From: Azolla caroliniana
Lineage: Eukaryota; Plantae; Polypodiophyta
DNA: 64,000 nt
Assembly (NCBI GenBank): GCA_043228905.1
Contig: JBHGNT010000001.1
Span: 2,852,001-2,916,000, forward strand
Direction: 5' to 3'
Below the pieces are notes generated by a model, which had not been told where the DNA came from, did not search any database, and worked only from the letters and a program-made list of their open reading frames with translations. A program made the position numbers and the translations under genes. Below are positions 25,911 to 39,345 of this stretch, piece after piece (position 1 is the first letter of the stretch; each line of letters begins with the position of its first letter).

Positions 25911-27194
25911 ATTTGTCACACATTTCCATGAAATTGAATAGGCCAAACCCCCTGGGCCCTCCATACTTTTGTGGATTGGATGTTGTTTGAACAAGACTAT
26001 GGTATCAAATAAGGTTCAAAACATTTCATAAGAACATTCATGTGTTCCAAAACAATCTTCTTCATTTCTCTCATCAATCCAATGACATTGATAATGATAT
26101 CAAAAGATGTAGCCGAGTTTCAAACGTTTGAACTGTTGATGTCACACCCATCTCTAAATGTGATTGTAACTCTCTCTCTCTCTAGCCTCAATAGCCTTAC
26201 CGTGTTTTATTCTGTAAGACCAACAAAAGCATTGTATTGCACTTCATCTTCTTTCATTGAGCTTTGAATAAATAAATAAACCAAACCTTAGAACCCTTTT
26301 CCTTATGACATTATTGTTCACTCATAACTCTTCCCATGTGCTTGTCACACATAATAACAACCTTAGTGTGTACGCACTCCATACATTATCTTTATACATT
26401 TTTTGTTCATATCATATAAAATGATAGGTAAATGTCAAATGCCAAAACTTGAGCTTGGAATTGAATTGTCATCTAATCATCAAGCCAAATTTCATTCGCA
26501 TATTCAGCATTCTCAACAAATCTTTCAAGTTTGTATCTAATGCAACTTTGGTTAAATCTAGTTGTCCACATACCTAGCAAGGAAAAATGCAAGAAAACCG
26601 TTACAGATTTGAGGCCATGCAATCTCTTATACACATCCACATTTTGGCATGAGGATAAAAAAACTATTTTTACGTGTTTTGTTTGGATAATGAATTTTTT
26701 TTCATGGTAATTTAAAAAATGGTTAAACATTAGTTGCACATGGTAGGTGGATTTGAATAGTATTCTAGTATATACAATTGTTACTCTTAAATGTTGAAAT
26801 ATTCATTCAACATTTTACTATGATGGTATGCCTTATGCACTAGTATATGTCAAAGGCCTAATAGTCCTCAACATGTATAAGGGTCATGTCATACATGTTT
26901 GATTCAAACCACTAAACTTTATGTGGTGCAAAGCTAAACAATAATATCATTCTCATGTTAATCAATTAATAGCATATCGTAGAGCCTAAAGAACCCTTGG
27001 CATGGACACATGATTTTGTAGTTGACATTTCATCATTGTTTTGTTGCTAATATAGGAAAATTTCATGAAAAGTCGCCCATCTTATCATTTAGCCCCCTCC
27101 TCCCTCCCTCCAGTTGAGGATAAAGCTATCTTAATCTAGTGTCTTAATTCACATTGTTGATATGTTGATGTTGTAGGTTAGTACAAGGGAAAGA

Positions 27195-27385
27195 ATGATT
27201 TGGTTTTCCACAATACGTTATCATGGACTTTTCCATTGTTTGCTATTTTCTATAGTCTTATGATTTTGCAATTTCACTTTCCACGACAAAAGTAACCTAT
27301 AAAGGAATGAATGATTTGGTTTTCCACAACATGTTATCATGTACTTTTCCAATAGCCTTATGATTTTGCAACTTCACTTTCCACA
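27195..27385. repeat. Imperfect ~90-115 bp tandem duplication
   Basis: AATGATTTGGTTTTCCACAA...TTATGATTTTGCAA.TTCACTTTCCAC twice. Confidence 0.8.
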
Positions 27386-29767
27386 AAGAAAAGATTCGAA
27401 TGACTAAAAAGTCTTCATATTATTAGTTTGTGATAGTGGTCAATAACTATTTGCACCCAAAAAATGGTTTTGCAATTGTACATTCCACAACCAATGGGTA
27501 AAAGCTATAAGGTCATGCCAATATTACTTTATGAGAAATTCTCTTTGAGCATCTTAAATTTGGTCTTCATGTATTGAGTGGATAAAAATGTGCAAAATGC
27601 GTAAGTATAAACATTAACGTAATTTTCACATGATATTATAAGAAGGGAAACATTGCCTTTACGCATTGTGTAAAAGACTTTAGATGTCCCCACAAACTAA
27701 TGCTCGCATATATGTATAAGGTTAAGTAACTAGATGTTCTCTTAATCAAATATATAAGAATTGTGGTGTCATAGTAAAGCTTGTGCTACGAGATTACAGG
27801 TTGCAGGTTAGAACATTGATCAGTTTGTTGTGTTCTAATCATAAAACTATCTAAAGTTTTAGTTTTAGATCATCCACACTAAAATTGTGACCTTTAAAAA
27901 TGGATTGATAATGTTGATAAGGACATCTTTCTACAATATGTATAGCCAGGAGCAAAAAGTTTCCATACAGGATGTGCCTTATTAAAAAAGAGGTGTTATG
28001 TTAATCTAGATTGCATTCATTATAAAAACTCTCCATAATTTGGGTTTGAGATTACATTGTACATTCACAATGTGTTCCTTGAAAAATGGCTTTACAAACA
28101 TTCACATTTTTTTTCAACAATATGATGTGAAAAAGACAACATTGTGTTTTCAAAGTCAATGGCACTAATTGGTTGTAGATATGAATATGAATCCAAAATC
28201 ATATGTTGAATAATGCCAATGGTGAAAATTTATGGTTTAGATTGCCCATTTTTGCAACATTCTTGAAGGAACGTGGAGGCTCTTTGTTAATCTAATTAAA
28301 ACTATTTATGAATGCCCAATGGATATTTTGTCGTGATTAATCCGTCTAAAATACCTTAACAAACACCCAATTGATAATTATTTTTCATGATTAATCCATC
28401 TCCGCTAGTCCTCCAAAATTAGTCATCCAACTTGTGTACTACCACAACACCACACATATGATATGAGATTATATTGAACCTAATGAAGTGTAGGAGTGTG
28501 CGTGCACACACACAGACACAATAGGGGATTTATTATCATGCTAGAGGTCAAATATGACCTATGAGACCAAAGAGAAACATTTCTACATATTTATATGTGA
28601 ACTAAATAAGTACTTTTATTTTTATGAATGGTGAAATTGAGAGTGTAAATAGTGAATGAGAGAGAAATGTGCGTAGGGATAGTTGATCGTTGAGAAATTT
28701 AACATTAATGTGGTCGAAATGGATCATTGTAGTGAAATATCGTACTCAAAAACCCAAAAAGTCATACATCATTCAATGTATTTGTAAAACATATATAAGA
28801 TCAATATTAATATTAGAAAGCATCTAGAGCCACATATAAATCACTGATAGCACCTTGTTCCTTTGCACATCGGCTCAAACACAATAAGATGTGAGGGTGC
28901 AACATGGAAGTCTCAAATAGGATTATTGTCTAACATAAACAAATAGCATAATGGGCACCTTAAATTATGATGTACAATAAGACGTGCTAAAGCATGATTA
29001 AAGAGCAACGCCTATAGTGCAAGAAACTAAAAATTGCTGGATGGCAACAAATTTGTCAATTATAGATTCTCTAATAAACTTTTTGAAATGAATAAGAGCT
29101 TGTAATTTGAAGCATTAAGGTTGTGGGTTCAAGTTGTGGTTTTCAAGGTGTCTAGTTTGAAATCTTGCCCACTTACATAAAAATGGCTTCATGAAAAAAA
29201 AAAATGGCTTCATGCCATTGATGTAAACAAAATTTTCATAAATTGAGCAAAAACAATGAGCATCATCACCATTTAATGCCCAAAAAAGGCATTTGTAAAC
29301 AAAATCAAACAAAGTTATCAAATCCCTAAACTTCACAATTAAAAGAAATAGGAGTTAGGAAACCCATTTAGACCCTTAGCTGGAATGTCCAACTAACCGA
29401 TACTAAAAAGGAGATGGTAGTCATGGGCTCGAAATTTGATTCACGGTACTTCAAAGGGCATTCTTGAGAAGTTTCAAAGCTTAATTCATTGCACTTAAAG
29501 ACGCGACAAGTCGATGATAAACATGCCTATAAGGTGTGCATCTCAAATATGTATTCAGATCATTCAATTCTTGGCCCTCAAACTAACATTGACAAAAGGG
29601 GTTTGGAGGTCATGAAGAGGAGACCATTGTCCACATATTCCGGAGCTTCGATTCCTGAGACCCAACACATACATACATATAGCAGGTCAAATTAGGGATG
29701 AAATTTCAGAGGAGGAGAAAGAAATTGAGAGAAATGGTGGACCCCATATGCATATGTACATACACAC

Positions 29768-29876
29768 ATACATGACATACATACATACATACATACATTA
29801 TTACATACATGATACATACATGCATGCATACATACATACATACATACATACATACATACATACATACATACATACA

Positions 29877-29905
<29 letters not shown>
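29768..29905. repeat. (TACA)n microsatellite
   Basis: Long CATA array; similar arrays at ~6878-6905 and ~7305-7381. Confidence 0.97.
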
Positions 29906-29907
<2 letters not shown>

Positions 29908-30437
29908 CTGATATATATGTAAGTAGAATTGATCTGAGAAACAAACATTGTAGAATTGGGGTGAGTGCGACCGGCCATATGGGCAATTGTTCAATACTTG
30001 CCAGTCAACCATTTCTCGGTTCTGCTTCTTTAATGGCCTTCTCGAGGATCGCCCACCTCCCTTTATCTTCCTTCTTCTTCTTCTTCTTCTTCTTCCGCTT
30101 GCATCGATCTCGATTCTCCTTCTCCTCCTTCATCCTCTCTGATTGATCTTTCCAAACCTCGAAGCTTTCCTGAGAGTGTTTTTTTTCTGAAGAAGCTGTC
30201 GTCTCCAATTTCGCCGAACTTAACCTCTTAAGGAAATTTCGGTCGATTAGTTTTATCTGCCATTTTTCTTGTGGCGACAGAGACTGTGTGAAACCTTGGC
30301 TTATTCTCAATCGGAGCCGGCTCCAGAGCACATAGACACATATATTCGAGCTGAGACAAAGAGGTACCAAATGTGATCAAAGATGGAGGTTCGGTAAAAC
30401 ATAAGAGAAGCTTCCTTTTGCCTTGAACTTGTCTGAA

Positions 30438-33400
30438 ATGGGTGGTCTTTGTTGCCACCATTCGTCACCGTTCGAGTCCACAAAAGGTCAGGGTCAAAGT
30501 GGATATGTAGATGGCCATGGTCATAGTTTTGGTCAAGGTCATGATTATGGTCAAGGTCATAGGCAAGGACAAGGTCATGTTCAAGAATATACCCTATCCG
30601 GACCATTGAAGCCCCCTGATAGTGAATCCACATCTGTTCCTATGATCTCCATACCAACTCATCCGAGGATGAGTAGGGGTGGCTCTATGGACCAGGAAGA
30701 TTTCAGTTTTAATACTCAAGAAAACGAGCAAGACCATTCTATGAAAGCTGTTGCTAGCAGACCATCCGAGATGTGGAGGGTGCACCATGGTTCGGTGGAT
30801 ATGGAGGATTTTAGTGAGGATTTTGGAGAAGGAAGTGAGAAGGGGGGTCGGAGGAAGCTTTCTCGAGTTCTTTCTTCCCGTGTTAAGACAGCGAGATCAA
30901 GGACAACATTCGTTGCCAAAAAAGGTGCTGCAAAGGTACTTCCTATGACTAATTTCTGCCGAGAGAGAGAGAGGGTTTGATGCATACAAACTCAGAAGAT
31001 AGGTGTGAGGATATATGTCTTTTTGGATTGGAAATGAAAGACCATATAAAGAGAGGCCGTCCACACCCATGGAACTTGCACTATCACATATTAGATTTGG
31101 ATCGAAACTGTAATGGATACAACCATATAGTACCGGCAGATCTTCACGATTATCCATATGCCTCATTATCTCCATTGATTTGGTTTCTCCTGGACGGGGG
31201 GATTTCCAGCAGCTTCATCACTAGACATCAATAGATTACCGTGCGATGGTCAAGAAGATCAATAATTGATATTGGCTTCTCTAAGATTGCCAAACTTCCA
31301 AGTCATATGGCTTCACATTGACTTAAAGCTAGGTCCAACTTGAGGATCCATCACAGCTTCAATGAGCGATGCATGGGGAGATGTCTGCATGTTAGGTTTT
31401 TTAAGTTGGACTTGACATTAACCCAAACTTAGAAACTAGGAATGAAACTTCATAGTGATCGAGTTGATTTGGAAGAACTGACTTGTTGTGGGGTTATCTC
31501 TCTTGCTGATCATAGATCATTGGTGAAATCCCTCAGTCCTGCCTCCACTTATGGAGTTTTCTGATTTACGCTCTTAGATGCTAATGGAACCAAATGCATT
31601 GAAGACCCCTAGACATGAATGACACTGTGGATCCATTGTTTGGGATGCATGTGTTTTCCCCATGAAAGATGCTCATCACAGATGGATCTATACATCATTT
31701 TTACATGTCTTTTCCTTTAGAAAACTTGTGTAAATTCATTAGATATCAATAAATATTGAAGTATTCTTAGTGTTCTTCTCTTGAAAGATGGTCACTGAGA
31801 TGGATCAATACATTACTTTGCATGGGTAACCTTTGGATACATTCTTTTAACCATCATGAATAATGGTTTAGTTGCTGTGAATTTTAATGATAGACTTTTG
31901 AAATACATGTAAACTTATATTTAATTTAAACATTCTTGTTTCCGTGGAAGATGAATGAAGTGGGAGCATTACTTGGAAGAGCTGGTACAGTTGGTCTTGG
32001 AAAAGCTGTAGAAGCCCTCGACACATTGGGTAGCAGCATGACAAATATTAATTTTGGGGCTGGTTTTGCATCTGGGGTGTCTCCAAAAGGAAATAAAATA
32101 GGAATTCTTGCATTTGAGGTGGCTAATACAATAGTAAAGGGTTTCAATCTGAAGCAGTCGTTATCAGAAGAGAATATGAAGATTTTAAAAGAGGAAATTC
32201 TACGATCAGAAGGAGTCCAGCTCTTGGTTTCCAAAGACATGGGTGAGCTACTCAGAATTGCCGCTGATGATAAGAGGTAACATATTTTCTTTGCTATGGT
32301 TCAGATTTACACTGAAGGAATGTTTCTTTTATTTTTATAAGTAGAAGTTTGACCTTAAACTCATGGATGCAGATTTGAGATTGATAGAATGCAAATTTTC
32401 TCTCTATTGGATACTGTTAATGATTATCAGAACTTTATAAATTTTAACAGGGAAAGAAACTTATTATTACAGTCATGCTACTATGTGCACCATATAACAT
32501 CTGTGACATGCGTTTATCTGTTGAAAGTCTACAGTCTAATGGTTGGGAGTTCTCAATTCAAGAGGGGACTGCCACTCTTGCTCATTTGCTTTAGTGTGAA
32601 GAGATGTGTGTATCAACCACCTATCATGTAGGATATGAACTTGCATTAACATCATGGCTGCAATAGGTGGTGAGAAGAGGCTATAGTTTCGAATGGAAGA
32701 TGCTGGCTAAGCTTACATCCCCCATTACCTATATTCTGGGACACCAATGGCCTCTTATCTGTGCATGTGCTGAGCACATGCATATGGAAAATTTGTGAAA
32801 ATGCTGTGTGGAGTGACGAGTTCACAAATTAACATTAGATTCTCTTCTTATGATCTCTGCCTTCCTCGTTATGAATCGGGTTCAATGTCTTCCAGAAAGT
32901 TCTGTCTGAGCAGAAACCAATTCCATTTCCCTCTGTCCCAGGCTTAACTCTGCTTCTATGATTGAGTTGTATAGTTTGGCCAAGTTGTGATCAATCACGA
33001 GTGTGTGTAATTGCAAGTTATTATGTGATCTCCATTCTTCAAGTTGTATGGCTTGGAAAAGTGGTGGTTAATCATGACCGTCTTTGTAGTCCTTTCAAAG
33101 GGTCAGGAAACGTTACGATGTGCTTAAAATATAATTGTAACAGTATGGCTGTCTCTGCCGGTCATGCTCCTGAACCACTGAACTATGTGTAATTGGAACT
33201 CATTTATATAGAAACCAAGGATAGTGGGTGATAGTGGGAATCCATATTTCACCCCGATTGTGCCAGCCATGACCTCTTGACAACTCATCAAGAGCATGCA
33301 CTTTTCCGAATGTTGATTCACATATTGCATAAATTCTCCATTGCATATATACCAGAATCCCAAAGGCATCTAGTTGTTTCATGAGCTGAGCACCTGATAC

Positions 33401-36400
33401 TGTGTCGAAGGCCATCTGAAAATCCACAAATAAACAACAGATTCTCTTTTATAGCCTCATCCTTCCTCAATAAGGGTGCAAAATGTTTATATGTGATCCA
33501 AACTAGTGAATCCCTAATAAAAGCTGCCAGTCCGTCTGAGTGGGAGCCATTTCTCTGTGCCCATACACTGAAGTTTGACTCCAGGGACGAGCCATATAAT
33601 TGGCCAAGCAATGACCAATCATGATTGTCCTAGCGTTGCTAGGTGTAATAGGATCTTCACTCTTCAAGATTGATACAATGGTCTGCTCTATCCAGCTAGT
33701 AGGGAAACTGTCACTCATATCTTTATTAAAGATGTGTGCAAGAAGCTGAATCAAGGTGTCACTGGCATCGATATAGTGCTCACTTTAATGCATCACGATC
33801 CCGCGCCTTTCCAAAGAGTTACTCATGGATTTCATTCTTCACGATTTGTAGAGTAAAAACGATGGATTCACATAGGCATGTGCCATGTGGGTGGAACACT
33901 TCTGACGGGGAATGCCATAGAGTGCCTTTGGATTTGAAGTTAGTTGTATGCTAGGTTCCTTCCATTAAACATTTTCAATTCGTCTTTACTGAAAGGAGGG
34001 AGAGAGAGCTCATACAAGTTAGTTGCTTTGATTTGTTCAGGAATGAGCTCAAAGTATTTTCAGGAGAGGTAGTCCGGTTTGGGAACCACTGCCGGGATCC
34101 ACAGTGGCATCAATTAGATCGGGTGTTTGAAAAGTGACAACTCTGAACTTTATGTTTCTTTTTGAATTGATAAAGCTATGCAAATATTTCAGTAAGAAAC
34201 TCATGGTGGAACTTTATAGGTTGGGTACAGAACTGGTTATTCCTAGACAATCAAAAGAGGAGGCCGAGGCAGAGATGCAGAACCTCATTAATTTGGCACA
34301 AGATACTGCTGTACGTTATGCGTATTTGACCGTGCTTGATTCAATTCTGGTCTGGGTGTGTGTTCAATACACTATATGAAACACAAGTATAAAAGTTGCT
34401 TGCATTTGGTATAGTATCATTGATGGGGTTATGTTGATCGTTCAGTGCTACTTGCAGCATTTCTTCCTTTTAATAGCACATATTATTGTCTTTTGACATT
34501 CTATTTCTATTTTCAACTATGTATAGTTGTTTGCTATGCGCATATAAAACATAAGTGTAAATCCTGCGGGCATTTGAGACAACATTAACGATGGAGATTT
34601 TAATTTTTCATTGTTACTTTCAATTCTTTCTGCGGACACCATTGCCCTCTGAAACCTATATATTTATTTAACTGTATACGGTTGCTTGTGCTTATTCAAC
34701 ATTATACTTATTGAGGTATATAACATAGCTGACCATTTGTGCATGTTTAATTCAACCAACAAATCAGGAACTTTATCATGAACTTCATGCATTGGATCGG
34801 TTTGAAATAGACTATCGTCGGAAGCTCCAAGAAGAGGAGCTGTCCCAGAGAGGTTGTTCAATATCTCCACAATGGCCTAGAACTCTTACTAGCATTTCTT
34901 TGTGAGCTAATAATATTGTATGTATGTGGTTTCAGGTGAGAGTCTGGGCATTCTGAGAAGTGAACTTAAAAGCCAGAAGAAGCATGTGAGGCACCTGAAG
35001 AAGAAATCATTATGGTCAAAAATACTTGAAGAAGTATGGTTGAGAAACAATATATGTGAAATACGCGTATGTGTGAACAATATGCCATATTCTTGTTTTT
35101 GAGAGTCAAAACTATACAGGTTATGGAGAAGCTAGTGGATGTTGTTTATTTTCTACATCAAGAAATTGAAAGCGCATTTGTTGATACAGGTATAGAAATC
35201 TAGTTCCTATTTTATTGGTCTGTATAAATAGTCATTTCACTCCTGAGATCGATGTGGCTATCTATATTGGGTGCCTCATTTGGAATTCTTGAAATCTGGT
35301 ACATCCTTGTAGGAATACATGGTGGAAGATATCCTCACATGTGAGGCATTCCAAAGCAATGACATGTTGCTGCAATGTAGGTCACATTCTCTTTTTCTGC
35401 TCAAAAGTCAGCCAACTCCCAATTTCTATTTTCTGTAAGTTTGAGTGTGTGCACATCAGTGTGATGGCGCATCTTTCTTGCTTCAGAATGGGTTTCCAAT
35501 ATGAGCTTACGCATTGGTCGGCCGCACTCTGTATATTGGGTGCCTCGTTTGGAATTCTTGAAATCTGGTACATCCTTGTAGGAATTCGTGATGGAAGATA
35601 TCCTCACATGTGAGGCATTCCAAAGGAATGACGTGTTGCTGCAATGTAGGTCACATTCTCTTTTTCTGCTAAAAAATCAGCCAACTCCCAATTTCTATTT
35701 TCCGTATGTTTGAGTGTGTACACATCAGTTGATGGCACATCTTTCTTGCTTCAGAATGGGTGTCCAATATGAGCTTACGCATTGGTCAGTCACACTCTGT
35801 AAATTTTCCAATATTGAGTATTAATGTTGCTGCAGTTGTAAAACTTAGATCTAGTGGGGCTGTTCTTCATGGTGGACAGCTTTGAAGGTGGCTTTGTATA
35901 ACTTGGACTCATGTTCTCCTGTCCGTTTCTTTTCCTCTATGTGCACATTCAAATACTCATCAACGTGCCATCTTTCTAACTGTTGCTGCATTCTATGAGA
36001 TTGCTGAAATATTGCCTCCCCAAGCCTCACTTCCATAAAGCATAGTTTAGACCACTCACGCATCACTCTTGCACTAATCTCTCATCTTTGGGTTGTGCTC
36101 AAGTGGCACGTGTTCTAAGAATCATAGTAATTGGGCTGTGCCAGTGTCTATTCTCACTGTTCGACACCTGTTCCAAATGTGCTGACTAGATATGTCAGCT
36201 CCAAGATTCATGAAACTGTGGACCACATCAACTCTCCTCTTCATAGTAGACTACTGGATGCCGACTTTCAGATTTGACAGAGAATACTACCATGAATTTG
36301 GTCTTAGTCACGTTTACTGCAATCCTTCCTCACAGATTATGCATCGTATCTAAAAGTTTTTGCAATCTCAATTGTGAATCTGGAAAAATTACAGCATCGT

Positions 36401-37455
36401 TTGCATAAATCGGAAGCCATGGAGTGGAAGGTCCAATGGTTGGTTTTTTCTTATGTTCTTCAAAGGGTTCTTGAATGAACTTTTTTAGGTGGTCAATCAA
36501 TACATAGTGAATAGAGTAGTTGATAGAGGCCATTCATCTTCAACTAGCATTGTATTTGTTATTACTGGTGTACTGTTGCTGTCATGGTTTCAAAACTCTT
36601 CTGCTTCCTTATCTATTCTACATATCATTGCCCTTGGGATAATCTCAAAAATCTTTTTGAAATCTAAGCAATAAATAGTTCTCCTTTGAGCCGCTTCCTG
36701 CATTACAAATCCATAGACAAACGAGACAATCAATAGAGGCATGTGATACCACCCTAATCATGTGATAGTTGGTGAGCCGATTTCTATTCTTTTCTATAAT
36801 ATATAGTGTTATTGATCTAATTATCTTGCTAATCTCAAGGAAAAACTTGTGCTATTGCCGTATTTAGTAATGCAGGTATCCATTCTTCAGCCACTGGATC
36901 AGCTACTTAGCATAGGGAAAGTGTATCTGCAGCCTTGTCATTTTGAAGTTTTTGCATAGTTTTCATCGCTCTTTATAGTCAAATGCTTCCCGTGTGGAAA
37001 TAGGTCGATCATAAGTATTTCGTCCTTCTTGTATAATTGTTCCACAAATGCAAAGATTTTATGCCAGGAGAAATGTCCCTTCCATTTCATGCACTGTCCC
37101 TTGATAGTTCCCCATAGCCCCCGAGGGTCCATTGCGGTTATTGCATTATCTTGCTACATTTGTCCACTCGTCCATTGATTCCAGAGTGGCCTTCAGCTTG
37201 AATGTGGCTGCTGGACATTCATCAGCGAACCATACATTATGATGCGGTCCTTCTATGACTTCTCTTTATGCTGTGGTTCTTCTATGCCTTCTCTTTATGC
37301 TAATTCCCATTCTGTGTTCTTTAGTGTTGCAATTTTAAGAATGTCCATGCATTCTCAATATCATATAGAATGTGGTGATATGTGAGCAATTCTTCTAATC
37401 TGTATTCATAATTACTTTTGTTTTTCCATGTTGTCTTCTGTGATCACTCAAATGT

Positions 37456-37508
<53 letters not shown>

Positions 37509-39345
37509 TGCAGGAAGTGTGAGCTCATATAGCAAGCAAGGAAGCTCTAGTGCTGAAAAGAGCCAACGGCTAGGTCCTGCTGGTCTCTCATTGCATTATG
37601 CAAACATTATAAATCAAATAGATAACCTGGTATGTATCATTCTCAACTAGTGATCGATGTCTATGTAGGTTTCACTTAGAAAGAAGGCAGGGGAAACTTT
37701 ATTGAATTCAAATTGAATAGTACTGGATGATATCATAGAGAAGTAAGTGTGATGAATGATATCCTGGTGCAGTGCTTGATCTCTGATCGTGATGTACAGA
37801 GGGAATTCTAGTTTCTGGAATGTTCTTTCACATTTGCAGCTTTTTGGATTTTGTTCTTTCAGGCAATGCATGAGATTTAAGTTATGATAATACCCAGTAC
37901 ATTGGAATCTTAGAGCCATTATTGCTATTTCCTTGTTTTGGATCAGACTTCATTTGTCTTAATGCACGAGTATGTTTTCACCATATTAGTCATTAAATAT
38001 CAACTAGTAATTTCTTGAATGGTGTATATAATCACGATTTATGTGGTCAGTACTTGATTCTAGTGTTCTACCTAGTTTTATAATTTATTCTTGGCATTGG
38101 CAGGTCTCTAGACCAAATTCTATTCCTCCAAATACCAGGGACAATCTTTATCAAGGTCTCCCACCTAATGTAAAGGCATCTCTACGGATGCAAATACACA
38201 ACCTTCCCATTGAGGAGGTAATTGCTAGCTTGTTTTCCTGTATGAAGTAAACTTTGGAACACATGATTTCAACCGTATATCTGAATCATACCTCTTTCCC
38301 AGTTAACTGTTCCTCAGATCAAAGAAGAGATGGAAAGGACTCTAGCTTGGTTAGTCCCAGTAGCTGCAAACACTACCAAGTAAGTTGAGTGCTGACAAAC
38401 GGTTGCCATCGGTCACTTCACATTCTCAATAGAACTTGTACTAATATTTCTTGCTGGGATGTAGTTCTTTTCATTTAGCCTCATTATAAGACATTGTGTC
38501 AGATCTCACTTGGATATATTTTTTGGTCTCTTATGTCGTTTTGGCATTTTGAAGAGGTCAAACAATTTCATAACATAACATTTTCACTGATGAATTGTGT
38601 AATCGGATGTAATGTTTTTGGTCTCATAGGTCATTTGGCATTTTGAAGAGGTTAATGATTTCATAACATAACATTTTCACTGATGAATTGTGTATGTGTG
38701 CCAGAGCTCATCATGGATTCGGCTGGGTCGGAGAGTGGGCAAACACAGGGTAACTCTTAACTTTTGTCATTTTATTCTTCTTCAATATTAATTTTACGAC
38801 ATAATAACAATGACAAATGTATATGAAGGTCTTCACTAGATCGAAGGATACCGGGGCACACAGAGCTGACGTTGCTTCAAACCCTTCACCATGCGGATCA
38901 AAAAGCAACCGAGCATCACATTCTAGAGTTGATTCTATTACTTCATCGACTTATAACCTTGGTGCAAGGCCAAGTTCCAGGAACTAAGTCACCCATCCGT
39001 TCACCTGTACGGCAAATGAAGATCTCTTTGGAAAATGGGAAGCCCTCTGTGAAAGAGAATGGGAATGTTGTTGTGAATCCCCAACTATCCCCTGAAGATG
39101 AAGCAATGTTGCAACGAGTCAAGACCAAGAAAATCACCCCTGGAATAAGCAAAAGCCAAGAATTCAACTCTTCAAAAGTTAACCGTGCGAAAAGGTTATG
39201 TAAGAGCAATAGCCATTCTCCATCCACCTCAACAGAGGCCAATTTTCAGCCAATGCGGCGGCATCATGTGGTAGTTGCACCCTTTGATTTCGAAGTGGAT
39301 AGAAACAAAGCCATGGATGTCATTGATAGAGTAGACAATATCTAG
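30438..39345 (+). CDS. PSI1-like: PSK SIMULATOR 1-like protein (DUF3475 + DUF668), 12 exons, ~709 aa
   Basis: Exons 30438-30935, 31951-32276, 34041-34133, 34220-34310, 34768-34852, 34936-35033, 35120-35189, 37514-37629, 38104-38217, 38303-38379, 38705-38749, 38829-39345. All GT-AG and in frame. Motifs: MGGLC start, ILAFEVANTIVKG, RFGNHCRDPQWH, LGPAGLSLHYANII, AHHGFGWVGEWANTG, terminal DVIDRVD. Confidence 0.95.
33190..33830 (-). mobile_element. Degenerate LINE (RTE-like) reverse transcriptase fragment, N-terminal RT subdomains, in PSI intron 2
   Basis: FPTSW..TIVSILKSEDP..PSNARTIMIGHCLA, VDFQMAFDTV and GVKYGFPLSPTILGFYINE across frameshifts. Confidence 0.88.
35263..35800. repeat. ~269-bp tandem duplication in PSI intron 7
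   Basis: Units start at 35263 and 35532 (TATATTGGGTGCCTC.TTTGGAATTCTTGAAATCTGG...) and are highly similar. Confidence 0.95.
35840..36430 (-). mobile_element. Degenerate LINE RT fragment (YADD region onward) in PSI intron 7
   Basis: LPIYANDAVIF..SQLRLQKLLD...AVNVTKTKFMV resembles LLYADD..LQxxL..LxVNxxKTK. Confidence 0.75.
37457..37504. repeat. (AG)24 microsatellite immediately upstream of the PSI exon 8 acceptor
   Basis: Directly visible; acceptor CAG at 37511-37513. Confidence 0.97.
38520..38692. repeat. ~90-bp tandem duplication in PSI intron 10
   Basis: TTTTGGTCTC...TTTGGCATTTTGAAGAGGT...TTTCATAACATAACATTTTCACTGATGAATTGTGTA twice. Confidence 0.9.

Noticed and set aside
27480-28300. Second hAT transposase relic
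   Set aside because: Vague motif resemblance only; no defined termini.
29692-30146. ORFs with MYVC/HTYI repeats (also 6659-7479)
   Set aside because: Translations of (TACA)n microsatellites.
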